A stretch of DNA of 64,000 nt from contig JAFWDK010000027.1 in assembly GCA_017513085.1 (NCBI GenBank), positions 96,001 to 160,000 of the forward strand. The letters are read 5' to 3'. A program made the position numbers and the translations under genes. Positions 8,910 through 17,774 of this stretch are shown here, piece by piece (position 1 is the first letter of the stretch; the number at the start of each line of letters is the position of its first letter). Source of the stretch: Clostridiales bacterium. GTDB lineage: Bacteria; Bacillota; Clostridia; Saccharofermentanales; Saccharofermentanaceae. The notes below the pieces were generated by a model, which made no database searches, was not told where the DNA came from, and worked only from the letters and a program-made list of their open reading frames with translations.

Positions 8910-10091
8910 TTACGCGCCCAGAAGATTCTGGTCAAACGCGAAAAGCGCTTCATTAATCGTGTACAGATCGTACTGCTTATTGGAAATAAAATACTCTACA
9001 ATTATATCAAATTTACTTGCATGAGAGAGCGCAAATCCCGCTTTCTTCAGCAACGCTTCCGTCTCCGCAACATCCAGTTCCAGTGCCACGGCAAACGCCA
9101 GCACCGTCTGCTTGCTGGGGCGATAATGGACATCGCTTCTGATCTTGGAAAAGAGCTTCCTGTCCACATTCGCTTTCTTGTAACATTCGGAATCTTTCAT
9201 GCCCTTCGCATCGATCAGACGAAGAAGAGACTGGGAGAAACTCTCGTCCAGATTTGCCAATGCCGCTTCCAGAGATGTCGGTTGCATCTGCATCATGGAT
9301 GCCGCAAATGCCGGCTGGGAAGTCATACACTCTGCGGATTGACCGGCAAGGAAATTTCTGACATGTACTTCCTCAGCAGCGGCTTCGTCACAGAGTTCTT
9401 CTATCTCCGTTTCGCAGGCTCGACTTTCGGCCGGAGCATCCGCTTTACCTCTTGTCTTCTCTTTCGCTTTTCTTTCCGTGAAAACCGAATCCCGGCTTCC
9501 GGCGGCGCCGCCAAAAGCAATCGACTTCATTACATTTCCAAGGAAAGAACCACGTTTTTCATCGGTTTCATATGTATTTCTCAACAAGTGGGAGAGCTTC
9601 GAACATAGATCCATGTCCATTCGGAAACTGTCTTTACTGAAGATCACCAACGTAATCTCCATCTCATGATCATCCAGAAAATGGCGGATCTCTTCTTCCG
9701 CGATCTTGAGCGCCGATTCTTTCGGATAACCGTATACACCCGCAGAGATCAGAGGGAATGCAACACTTTCACATTCTTTTTCCGCTGCCCGTGCAAGAGA
9801 ATTCCGATAGGCTAAACGAAGGAGGTTTTCTTCACCGGAACGTCCTCCCTGCCAGATCGGACCTACCGTGTGAATCACATATTTGCAAGGGAGATCATAG
9901 CCAAGAGTGACCTTTGCTTCGCCTGTCCGGCAACCGTTTAAACCACGGCACTCTTCCAGAAGACGCGGCCCGGCGGCACGATGGATCGCGCCATCAACAC
10001 CGCCACCGCCAAGAAGCGACGAATTAGCAGCATTTACGATAGCATCCACGTTCTGTTTTGTGATATCACCCAAAACTATCCGAAAAGGCAT
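8910..10091 (-). CDS. macrodomain (MacroD/YmdB-type ADP-ribose binding/hydrolase) fused to a C-terminal XRE-like helical DNA-binding domain
   Basis: [29 protein letters not shown] and [12 protein letters not shown]-terminus [36 protein letters not shown]...[15 protein letters not shown] resembles an XRE HTH. Confidence 0.88.
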   Translation of the reverse strand: MPFRIVLGDITKQNVDAIVNAANSSLLGGGGVDGAIHRAAGPRLLEECRGLNGCRTGEAKVTLGYDLPCKYVIHTVGPIWQGGRSGEENLLRLAYRNSLARAAEKECESVAFPLISAGVYGYPKESALKIAEEEIRHFLDDHEMEITLVIFSKDSFRMDMDLCSKLSHLLRNTYETDEKRGSFLGNVMKSIAFGGAAGSRDSVFTERKAKEKTRGKADAPAESRACETEIEELCDEAAAEEVHVRNFLAGQSAECMTSQPAFAASMMQMQPTSLEAALANLDESFSQSLLRLIDAKGMKDSECYKKANVDRKLFSKIRSDVHYRPSKQTVLAFAVALELDVAETEALLKKAGFALSHASKFDIIVEYFISNKQYDLYTINEALFAFDQNLLGA

Positions 10092-10215
10092 GACGTCTTT
10101 GTCCTCCCTCTCAATCTATCTTCTTCATTATACACTAAAGAAAGGCTTCCCGCCTCCAGGATCCGATATGGATCCAAGGCACGGAAAGCCCTCCTGGTTT
10201 CTATTCTTTTTCCGG

Positions 10216-10494
10216 TCACTGATCGCGTGAACGCTCCACCAGTCCCTTACCGGTCGGAACTGTCGGATAGTCAGGTTTCTTCGGCTTGTGACTGATAATA
10301 TACAAATTCTCATCTTTAAGCTTCATCGCATTATCTTTGTCTGTCATAACCACCCCACCGGTATACAGGCTGGCGGAACCGACAGAGTCGCCTATGTTAT
10401 TATTCTTATTCAGGATCGTAGCTGCGATGAAGAACGCCAGTCCGAATCCAAGTCCTGCTCCGAAAAGCGCAGCCAAAAAGTTTATAAAAGCCAC
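10216..10494 (-). CDS. small single-TM protein (paralog of 11771..12058)
   Basis: GTG start with RBS overlapping the upstream stop; N-terminal TM; NNIGDS-G---LY---V--TDK motif shared with the paralog. Confidence 0.7.
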   Translation of the reverse strand: MAFINFLAALFGAGLGFGLAFFIAATILNKNNNIGDSVGSASLYTGGVVMTDKDNAMKLKDENLYIISHKPKKPDYPTVPTGKGLVERSRDQ

Positions 10495-10498
10495 AATA

Positions 10499-11737
10499 TC
10501 ACTCCTGTCTCTTCTTTACGAAGTTAAATGTCTTTGCAGACTGTGTCAGCCGGATCTGCGTGAGCACTTTCTTCATTTTGGTCACTCCTGCAGAAATCAG
10601 TGCGACGATACCTGCCCCGATCGCAACGACTATCTTTCCTCTTGAATCACTGCTGGAACTGCTGCTTCTCTTCTTGACGCCCACGTCAAACATGGCATAG
10701 AAAAAGCCTTTAAAAAGATAGAATGCAAGTATCGTCAAAATGACCCCGAGTATGACCGTAAGCGTCCAGAAAAGTGCTTTTCGCCATGGAAGACCGCATA
10801 CGACCTTTCCGGTCTGTCCGTTCACGAGAATTGTGTTATGCTTTCCTTCATAGGTAAAAGTCACAAACCATACCGGAAACATTGCATAGGAGTAGTCATT
10901 GGTAATCGACGTCTGATGCGACTCCGCAATGATTTGCTGCGATGATCCGCTGACATCATGCTTTGCCTCGGTCTCAAAGATCTCTTTCGCTCGGTTTTCG
11001 GTCACTTCATGCAATTCGTCATAATCGATATCCGACGCATTGGAATAAAAACCGAGAAGATAATCCTCATCAAAAACCTTGAGGCCATGTACGTTAAAAG
11101 GTTCCAGGCGTGCAGAACTTTCATTGGAGAGAAGGCTGCATCCATCTACCGGGAAGTTTTTAATGTCCGTATACCCTGTCCGCCCCCAATATTTCGTAGA
11201 GGAATACTTTCCTTGCTTGACTCTGCTTCTCACGACACAGGTTTCTTCATACTTCGCATTGACGATCCAGTACGGAAGATAGATCCCGCGAACATCTTCC
11301 GCCTTAAAATTCTTAATTTCCTTCGGCACAAAAAGCGAATGGGAGATCCGCTCATGGATCAGTCGCAAAGCATCATCTCTTGTGACGCAAAAAGGAATAA
11401 TAAAGTGCGGGGTCTTTTCCTGTGCCACGCGGGAAAACACAACAGTCGGATTTCCGCAATATACGCACTTTGTCGAGACTTCCGATCCGTGGATCACGAT
11501 TTCTCCGCCGCACTCACTACAGGTATAGACATAGCACTCGAGGAACTCTTCCTGGATCTCTTTCTCTTCTCCATAAACTTCCTCGCGCGTCATCACGCGC
11601 TCATTCTCACGATATTTTTTCTCTTCGGATTCCACCTCTTCTGCCGCCCACATTCCACCGCAAAGCATGCAGTGCATCTTTTTGACTGCAGGATCATAAA
11701 TCAAAGCGTGTCCGCAATTCTTACATAATGTTGCCAT
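10499..11737 (-). CDS. YdjG-like multi-Zn-ribbon membrane protein (copy 2)
   Basis: Four CxxC pairs, IIPF, GIYLPYW, LEPF, FPVW, VNGQTGKV--P and two C-terminal TM helices. Confidence 0.78.
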   Translation of the reverse strand: MATLCKNCGHALIYDPAVKKMHCMLCGGMWAAEEVESEEKKYRENERVMTREEVYGEEKEIQEEFLECYVYTCSECGGEIVIHGSEVSTKCVYCGNPTVVFSRVAQEKTPHFIIPFCVTRDDALRLIHERISHSLFVPKEIKNFKAEDVRGIYLPYWIVNAKYEETCVVRSRVKQGKYSSTKYWGRTGYTDIKNFPVDGCSLLSNESSARLEPFNVHGLKVFDEDYLLGFYSNASDIDYDELHEVTENRAKEIFETEAKHDVSGSSQQIIAESHQTSITNDYSYAMFPVWFVTFTYEGKHNTILVNGQTGKVVCGLPWRKALFWTLTVILGVILTILAFYLFKGFFYAMFDVGVKKRSSSSSSDSRGKIVVAIGAGIVALISAGVTKMKKVLTQIRLTQSAKTFNFVKKRQE

Positions 11738-11770
11738 TCTCTACTCCTCTTGGTTTAATCTGAAAATATA

Positions 11771-12058
11771 TTACTTGATCTGTCCCGTCCGCTTCACCTG
11801 TTCTTTAGAATTCGGCGCTGTCGGATACTTAGGAGCCTCCGGCTCCACTCTTTGGATATATTCTTTCAACTTCGGATGAAGAGCATCTTGAAGTTTTTCT
11901 TTATCTGTGACCATCACATCGTTGGAATATAAGTATGTTTCTCCATGACTGTCACCAACATTATTTCTTTTCTCCAAAATGGAAGCAGCAATCCAGAATG
12001 CAATGCCGATTCCGACTCCGGCTCCCATAATTATAGATAATACATCTTGTGCCGTCAT
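11771..12058 (-). CDS. small single-TM protein (paralog of 10216..10494)
   Basis: ATG 12058 with RBS GGGGTG; TM helix followed by RNNVGDSHGETYLYSNDVMVTDK. Confidence 0.7.
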   Translation of the reverse strand: MTAQDVLSIIMGAGVGIGIAFWIAASILEKRNNVGDSHGETYLYSNDVMVTDKEKLQDALHPKLKEYIQRVEPEAPKYPTAPNSKEQVKRTGQIK

Positions 12059-12063
12059 AATTC

Positions 12064-13290
12064 TCACCCCTGTCTCTTTTTCACAAAGTGAAACATCTTG
12101 TCTGACTGCGTCAACTGCAGAAGTTTCTTTACTTTTGCCATCTTGATCGATGCCACAGTGGCAAAGAGCATACCGAATAAGGACCCAAAGCCAAGTATAA
12201 ACTGTCCCGTGATCGAAGATGCAGAATCTTTACCGGTTTCCGGCGCTCCCAGTGCGGAGACAATGCCTCGCAGAAGCAAAGTCAGCACCACGCCCAACAC
12301 GATTCCGGAAATGATCGTGATCCACTTGAATGCCTTTTTATTCCAAGGAACCGCACCAACGATTTTACCGGTCTGTCCGTTGATCAGAATGGTATTCGGT
12401 TTGCCCTCACACCGATACGTGATGAACCACACAGGAAACATGGCGTATTTATAGTCATTCAGGATCGCCGTCTGGTGTGATTCTGCACAGATACGCTCCG
12501 CATTCTTTCCGAATTCCTTCTTGATCGTGCTTTCGTAGATCTCCTTCGCACGTCTCTCCGTAGCCAGATACATCTCTTCATATGTGATGTCTGATGAATT
12601 CGAATAGAAACCCAAAAGATAATCCTCATCAAATTTTCTCATAGCACTAAGATCAAAGGGTTCCAGGCAGGTAGAGCTCTCATCGGAAAGCATCCTACAC
12701 CCGTCCAGCGGAAAATTCTTGATCGTCATATAACCTTTCCGTCCATGATACGTGTACTTTGACACAGCGCTTCCACCTCTGACCTGCACCACGGCAGCTT
12801 CCTCATGGTTGGCATTCACGACCCAGTATGGAAGATATATGCCCTTGATGTCGTTGACGTTCAGAGCTTTTAATTCCTTCGGCAAAAGCACTGACTTCGA
12901 TATCATCTGTTGCACGTATCGGAGTGCCTGCTCTCGGGTTACCGAGAAAGGAATGATATAGTCCGGGGTCATTTCTTTTGCCACACGGGAGAATACCACA
13001 TTCGGATTTCCGCAGTAGATACATGTCGTGGAGACTTCTGTTCCGTGGATGGAGATCTCACCGCCACACTCACTACAGGTGTACACATAGCTCTCGAGAA
13101 ACTCCTCGTACGTCTCATCATCACCAAAGACTTCATCTCTTGTCAGGACACGCTCGTTCTCACGGTATTTCTTCGAATCCGACTCCACGTCCTCCGCAGC
13201 AAACTGACTCCCGCAATACGCACAATACAGTTTTCCCAAAGCCGGCTCGAACACCAAGGCATGATTACAGTTCTTACATAGCGTTGCCAT
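12064..13290 (-). CDS. YdjG-like multi-Zn-ribbon membrane protein (copy 1)
   Basis: Collinear paralog of 10499..11737 (MATLCKNC, YVYTCSECGGEI, FDEDYLLGFYSN, NGQTGK, FVKKRQ). Confidence 0.78.
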   Translation of the reverse strand: MATLCKNCNHALVFEPALGKLYCAYCGSQFAAEDVESDSKKYRENERVLTRDEVFGDDETYEEFLESYVYTCSECGGEISIHGTEVSTTCIYCGNPNVVFSRVAKEMTPDYIIPFSVTREQALRYVQQMISKSVLLPKELKALNVNDIKGIYLPYWVVNANHEEAAVVQVRGGSAVSKYTYHGRKGYMTIKNFPLDGCRMLSDESSTCLEPFDLSAMRKFDEDYLLGFYSNSSDITYEEMYLATERRAKEIYESTIKKEFGKNAERICAESHQTAILNDYKYAMFPVWFITYRCEGKPNTILINGQTGKIVGAVPWNKKAFKWITIISGIVLGVVLTLLLRGIVSALGAPETGKDSASSITGQFILGFGSLFGMLFATVASIKMAKVKKLLQLTQSDKMFHFVKKRQG

Positions 13291-13456
13291 TTCTTTCACT
13301 CCCTTCGGAAATCATAAGCAAACTTTTCTGGTAACAAAAATATTATATAGTATTGCGGTTCTGAATCGAGAGATAATCTTCTGAAATACATTGCTATATT
13401 TGCAGAGCGGAAGGACAAAAGAAATCCGTATTTGCAAGGTCATCTGCAAAACAAAA

Positions 13457-13492
13457 AAGAGACCATCTTCACTTCCATGAGATGGTCTCTTT
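13457..13492 (-). terminator. intrinsic terminator after paaK
   Basis: Stem AAAGAGACCATCT / AGATGGTCTCTTT followed by a U-tract on the minus strand. Confidence 0.7.
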
Positions 13493-13514
13493 CCGATTTC
13501 TCAATCAATATAGC

Positions 13515-14837
13515 TTATTTTGTGAAACGCTCGTCAATGACTCTCTTCATCTTTCCTTCGGATCTCGGCAAAGATCTCGGCTCACAAAGCTTGATCTTTG
13601 CATGGATACCGGTAATGGAAGCGATCTCTCCTTCGAGCATCTTTTCTGTGTTCTCGATCTCTCTCATAGAGTCAGAGAAGAAAGACGATGTCATCTCAAC
13701 CTTAACGACCATTCTGTCAAGGTTGTGTATACGATCGAGATAGATCATATAGTGCGGTTCCACTTCGCTATGCGCAAGAAGAACGGCCTCGATCTGAGAC
13801 GGGAACACATTGACGCCACGGATGATCATCATGTCGTCAGCACGACCGGTAACCTTTTCGATCTTCGGTGTGGTACGTCCACATTCGCACTTACCATGAT
13901 AAAGACGTGTCAGGTCATGTGTGTTATATCTGAGAAGCGGTACACCTTCCTTGGAAACGGAAGAGAATACAAGCTCACCGAGCTGGCCATCCGGCAGAGG
14001 CTCGCCTGTCTGAGGATCCACGATTTCCGGGATGAAGTGGTCTGCTTCAATATGAATCAGATCAGATTTATCGCAAGAGCAGCCTACTCCAGGTCCGCAG
14101 ATCTCTGTCAGTCCATAGATATCAAAAGCACGCAATCCCAGTTTTTCTTCAATCTGGTCACGCATTTCCAACGTCCATGCTTCAGCACCGAAGATACCGC
14201 AACGAAGATTCAGTTCGGATTTATCAACACCGGCCGCCTCAAGCTGGTCAGCGATATGAAGCGCATATGTCGGTGTGCACATCAGGACTTCCGGCTTCCA
14301 CTCCCGAAGGATCTGGATCTGACGTGCAGTATTACCACCGGAAACCGGAATCGCCGTCGCTCCGAGTTTCGCACATGCGAAGTGTGGGCCAAGGCCACCG
14401 GTGAAGAGACCGTAGCCGTACGCAATATGCACCATGTCACCCTTCTGCACGCCGGATCTCGCCATTGAACGGCACAGTACCGAATTCCAAAGTTCAACAT
14501 CGTTCGCCGTATATCCGACAACCTTCATGCGTCCGGTCGTACCGGAAGAAGCATGCACACGTACAAGCTGGTCTCTCGGGACCGCCAACGTGCCGAACGG
14601 ATAGTTATCACGGAAATCGAACTTATCACAGAACGGGAGTTTCGGAAGATCCGCCACGCTCTTAATATCTCCAGGCTCAATGCCCTTCTCCTGCATGCGC
14701 TTTCTGTAGTACGGAACATGCTCATACATGCGGTTTACACAATTGATCAGCCGCTCACTTTGTACCTTTGCGCGCTCGTCATCTGACATGCACTCGGCTT
14801 TCGGATCATAGATCCATGTGTTCACTTCTTTTCTCAT
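13515..14837 (-). CDS. paaK: phenylacetate-CoA ligase family protein
   Basis: HASSGTTG, YGYGLFTGGLG, DIYGLTE, PLLRY-T-D and GRADDMMIIRGVNVFPSQIE motifs. Confidence 0.92.
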   Translation of the reverse strand: MRKEVNTWIYDPKAECMSDDERAKVQSERLINCVNRMYEHVPYYRKRMQEKGIEPGDIKSVADLPKLPFCDKFDFRDNYPFGTLAVPRDQLVRVHASSGTTGRMKVVGYTANDVELWNSVLCRSMARSGVQKGDMVHIAYGYGLFTGGLGPHFACAKLGATAIPVSGGNTARQIQILREWKPEVLMCTPTYALHIADQLEAAGVDKSELNLRCGIFGAEAWTLEMRDQIEEKLGLRAFDIYGLTEICGPGVGCSCDKSDLIHIEADHFIPEIVDPQTGEPLPDGQLGELVFSSVSKEGVPLLRYNTHDLTRLYHGKCECGRTTPKIEKVTGRADDMMIIRGVNVFPSQIEAVLLAHSEVEPHYMIYLDRIHNLDRMVVKVEMTSSFFSDSMREIENTEKMLEGEIASITGIHAKIKLCEPRSLPRSEGKMKRVIDERFTK

Positions 14838-14870
14838 CTTTATTACCTGCCTTTCGATTCCTGGCGGCAA

Positions 14871-15180
14871 CAAAAAGTCCCATTGCCGTCGATTCACCAG
14901 CAATGGGACGAAATATCATATCTCGCGGTACCACCCATTTTCGAGCCTTTTACAGAAAAAGCACTCGCTCTCGTCAAGGCCATTCAGCCTCTGCCCTAAG
15001 TAACGGTGGGCTCTCCGTATCCGCCTACCTTCGTCAGCTCCGAATAACTCGAATACCCGCTTTCAGCAGATCTGCTCGGGAGGGAACTTCGACTGATCTT
15101 CTTTCGTATGCAGGCTCTCAATTCTTCCGCCCGCACGCCCTGTACGACTCCTGATCGCTACTTTTCTCCGTCAGCGCATT
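14871..15180 (-). ncRNA. T-box riboswitch, Phe (UUC) specifier
   Basis: Minus strand: AGUA S-turn and GAGA elements; specifier loop GAAG-UUC-C before the CUCC/GGAG stem (codon at 15086-15084); T-box AAUGGGUGGUACCGCG (14939-14924); terminator GUCCCAUUGC/GCAAUGGGAC plus UUUUU. Confidence 0.9.
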
Positions 15181-15193
15181 TAAAGATAAGTCG

Positions 15194-15222
15194 ATTATGC
15201 GGCGAAACCAGTCTGATGTCAA
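15194..15222 (-). promoter_or_regulatory. sigma-A promoter of the T-box-paaK transcript
   Basis: TTGACA (15222-15217), 17 bp, CATAAT (15199-15194). Confidence 0.75.
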
Positions 15223-15296
15223 GTTCTTTGGAAAGAAAAACGGTCCGAAATCATTCGGACCGCCTTCCCTTTTTCCTTCTTTTTCACCCTTTGGTG

Positions 15297-15602
15297 TCAG
15301 TCTTTGGCTATTTCATCGTCATCATCCCGATAATCCACATGGATACCGAGGACTTTAACATCTGTACCCTTGTCATCAACAATGATATGAATACCGGGCA
15401 GATCGATCTTGACGCCCTTATCCTTGCTGATGTCGATGCCGTCACAGCTTCCGATGATATCCGAGTCACCGGAAGTAATACAATCAGTGATCTTCTTGGC
15501 TCCGCTTCCGAGGAATATTGCGCCACTTACGAAGAAGAGGATCACGGAGAGCACGAAGCTTGCAATCATGATACATAAAAACACTACTGCTGGTTTCTTC
15601 AT
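15297..15602 (-). CDS. small membrane-anchored hypothetical protein (PadR operon)
   Basis: N-terminal TM helix, beta-rich acidic C-terminus, RBS AAGGAGG. Confidence 0.7.
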   Translation of the reverse strand: MKKPAVVFLCIMIASFVLSVILFFVSGAIFLGSGAKKITDCITSGDSDIIGSCDGIDISKDKGVKIDLPGIHIIVDDKGTDVKVLGIHVDYRDDDDEIAKD

Positions 15603-15616
15603 ACTTATCTACCTCC

Positions 15617-16429
15617 TTACTCTTTCTTCCAGGTCTTGCCCATAAAGCGGATATAGGCGATCGTGCCACGGATGAACCCGACGATTGCGAAACCGGAAAG
15701 GATCGCAAGAGAAACAGTCAGGAATCCAAGCGCGATGGCAAAGAAGATCTTCGCTACCAGGAATCCACCTGTTACGGACGGGGCTACAAACAGCGCGCCG
15801 GTCAACAGTCCGGCAAGTGCCGTAATTCCGAGAAGAGCAATGAGAAGCGCAAGCGCCAGGAGCCATACCCAGAATGCCACGAAGATCGTGAACAGGATGA
15901 TAAATGCTTTGTCATGTTTGTTTTCCTGCGGTTTCGCATGGCTCGGATCATGCGACGGATACTGTGTATAGTCCGGAAGATCGAACTGCTTCTTTCCCTG
16001 TGTCGGTCTCGGTTCGGAAAGATCCGGAGCGCGTCCGCCCTGATGAGCCCGCTCGCCGGCAGGTTCCGGCTTCGGTGCCGCATTCTTCGGCGGGATCGCA
16101 TATGTCGGATGACAGAAACCCTGGATCGTCTGCGCAGTTACACCGCGATTCGGACGGCCTAGCCATGTCTGGATCGGAACGATCGGATAAGCGCCGGCAG
16201 CAACTGTCTGCGTGCCCGACACATCAAATTCCGGAACTCCGTCACCTAAGTAGAACTGAGCGACTTCCATCGGGCTTCCGAGCTTGGCAGAAATTTCGCT
16301 TTCGCTCTTTCCCTCTGAAACACCAATATCAAAATGCATCTCGAATTCTTTCAAGATCTCTTCCACGTCTTTGGAAGGAAGCGTAACTAACTGTTCACGC
16401 AGAGAAGCAATATATTCACGTTTATTCAT
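15617..16429 (-). CDS. DUF1700/HAAS domain membrane protein
   Basis: MNKREYI-SL---L--LP...EMHF--G---GKSE-EI---LGSP HAAS motif, Pro-rich linker and C-terminal TMs; ATGA overlap with padR. Confidence 0.85.
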   Translation of the reverse strand: MNKREYIASLREQLVTLPSKDVEEILKEFEMHFDIGVSEGKSESEISAKLGSPMEVAQFYLGDGVPEFDVSGTQTVAAGAYPIVPIQTWLGRPNRGVTAQTIQGFCHPTYAIPPKNAAPKPEPAGERAHQGGRAPDLSEPRPTQGKKQFDLPDYTQYPSHDPSHAKPQENKHDKAFIILFTIFVAFWVWLLALALLIALLGITALAGLLTGALFVAPSVTGGFLVAKIFFAIALGFLTVSLAILSGFAIVGFIRGTIAYIRFMGKTWKKE

Positions 16430-16743
16430 GCGCTCACCCCTCCCACAATCTTATTTACACTGGCCGTAAAAGAATTCCAGTCTTCCAGTAATTCTTCCAG
16501 TTTCTTCTGACCCATAACAGTCAGACTATAGTATTTCCGCGGCGGACCGCTCTGCGATTCCTGAAGATAGGATGCTACCAGACCATCGCTGGCAAGCTTA
16601 CGAAGAAGCGGATAGACCGTGCCGTCAGAAATCATGATGGTCTCCGACAAAGTGCTGGCCAACTCATAACCATACCGGTCATTATCTTTCAACATGGCCA
16701 GAACACAAAGATCGAGAACGCCCTTCTTAAATTGAACATTCAT
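16426..16743 (-). CDS. PadR family transcriptional regulator
   Basis: QFKKGVL, RYGYEL, GTVYPLLRKL and GPPRKYY motifs. Confidence 0.93.
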   Translation of the reverse strand: MNVQFKKGVLDLCVLAMLKDNDRYGYELASTLSETIMISDGTVYPLLRKLASDGLVASYLQESQSGPPRKYYSLTVMGQKKLEELLEDWNSFTASVNKIVGGVSA

Positions 16744-16791
16744 GTGCACTCCTCCTTTTGTATTCTGATTTCGTTTCGATTACCTTTCATA

Positions 16792-16853
16792 GAATGTTCA
16801 GTATTGAACATTCAACACTAGTGATTATAAAACGGTACCGAACAATGTGTCAA
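16792..16853 (-). promoter_or_regulatory. padR promoter and palindromic operator
   Basis: TTGACA (16853-16848), 18 bp, TATAAT (16829-16824). Perfect inverted repeat GAATGTTCA-GTAT-TGAACATTC (16792-16813). Confidence 0.75.
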
Positions 16854-16892
16854 TGCTTTTTCGAAATCATTCGTGAAATTTTAATACAATGG

Positions 16893-17669
16893 TTAAATAA
16901 TCGTGGAAAAGCAGACCCAATTGTTCTCTTCATCCAGAATGATCGCTTCTGTCGTCAAATCATCGATATTGTTGGAACAACGCAGGATAAACACTTTTGC
17001 ATTCGGGTGCTCGTCAATATTTTCCGGGAAGGAGATCTTCAACTGGATCGGGTACGATTCCTCGATCTCTGTGCCGACAAAACCCGCAATCTCCGCCTTG
17101 ATCTTCGCATCCAGATCCGCTGCGGTCGCTTCTTCCACACTCATGGCGCTTAACACGGATTTACTTTTCGCCAGTTTTGCAAAAGGACTCATGTCTTTTT
17201 CGTCGCAGGAGAATTCCAGCATGACGTAGCTGCTGCTTCTGAAATCTTCCGAACAAAAATCCAGCCTATAGTCTGTTGTGCTTTCCGGAATGGCATTCGG
17301 GAAAAACTGCGGAACATATCGTTCACGCGTCAGATACGCTAATTGCTTCGTGTAATTCTTCTTCGCAGTGGAAGAAAACGGGATGGAAAAAGAACTGACA
17401 AACAGCGTCAGCGAGAGAAGGATCAGCGAAACAAGATACATTGTTTTCATGTTTGATCCTGTGCGGACGCGGATCAATGCGATCAAGGAAATGATAAAAC
17501 CAAGAGCGCTCAAGACCATAGCTATGGTAAAGCTCGGAACCATGTATTTCCATGTTTTCAGAGAAAACCAGACAGTGGAAAACAGAAGCACAGCACTAAC
17601 GACAGATCCGACGACGCGTATCTTTCTAATCTCTTTCGGGACTCGTGTTTTTCCTTCGTTTTCGCTCAT
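16893..17669 (-). CDS. hypothetical membrane protein (3 N-terminal TMs plus soluble domain)
   Basis: 258-aa ORF with a hydrophobic N-terminus; no recognised family. Confidence 0.7.
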   Translation of the reverse strand: MSENEGKTRVPKEIRKIRVVGSVVSAVLLFSTVWFSLKTWKYMVPSFTIAMVLSALGFIISLIALIRVRTGSNMKTMYLVSLILLSLTLFVSSFSIPFSSTAKKNYTKQLAYLTRERYVPQFFPNAIPESTTDYRLDFCSEDFRSSSYVMLEFSCDEKDMSPFAKLAKSKSVLSAMSVEEATAADLDAKIKAEIAGFVGTEIEESYPIQLKISFPENIDEHPNAKVFILRCSNNIDDLTTEAIILDEENNWVCFSTII

Positions 17670-17774
17670 CTTAACCCCAATTCTTCATAACCATAACACC
17701 CTAACTATATTGTATTCGGTACAAAAAAAATTTAAACGGAAAAAATCGAGGAAAAACAAGGATAAATACTAGTT

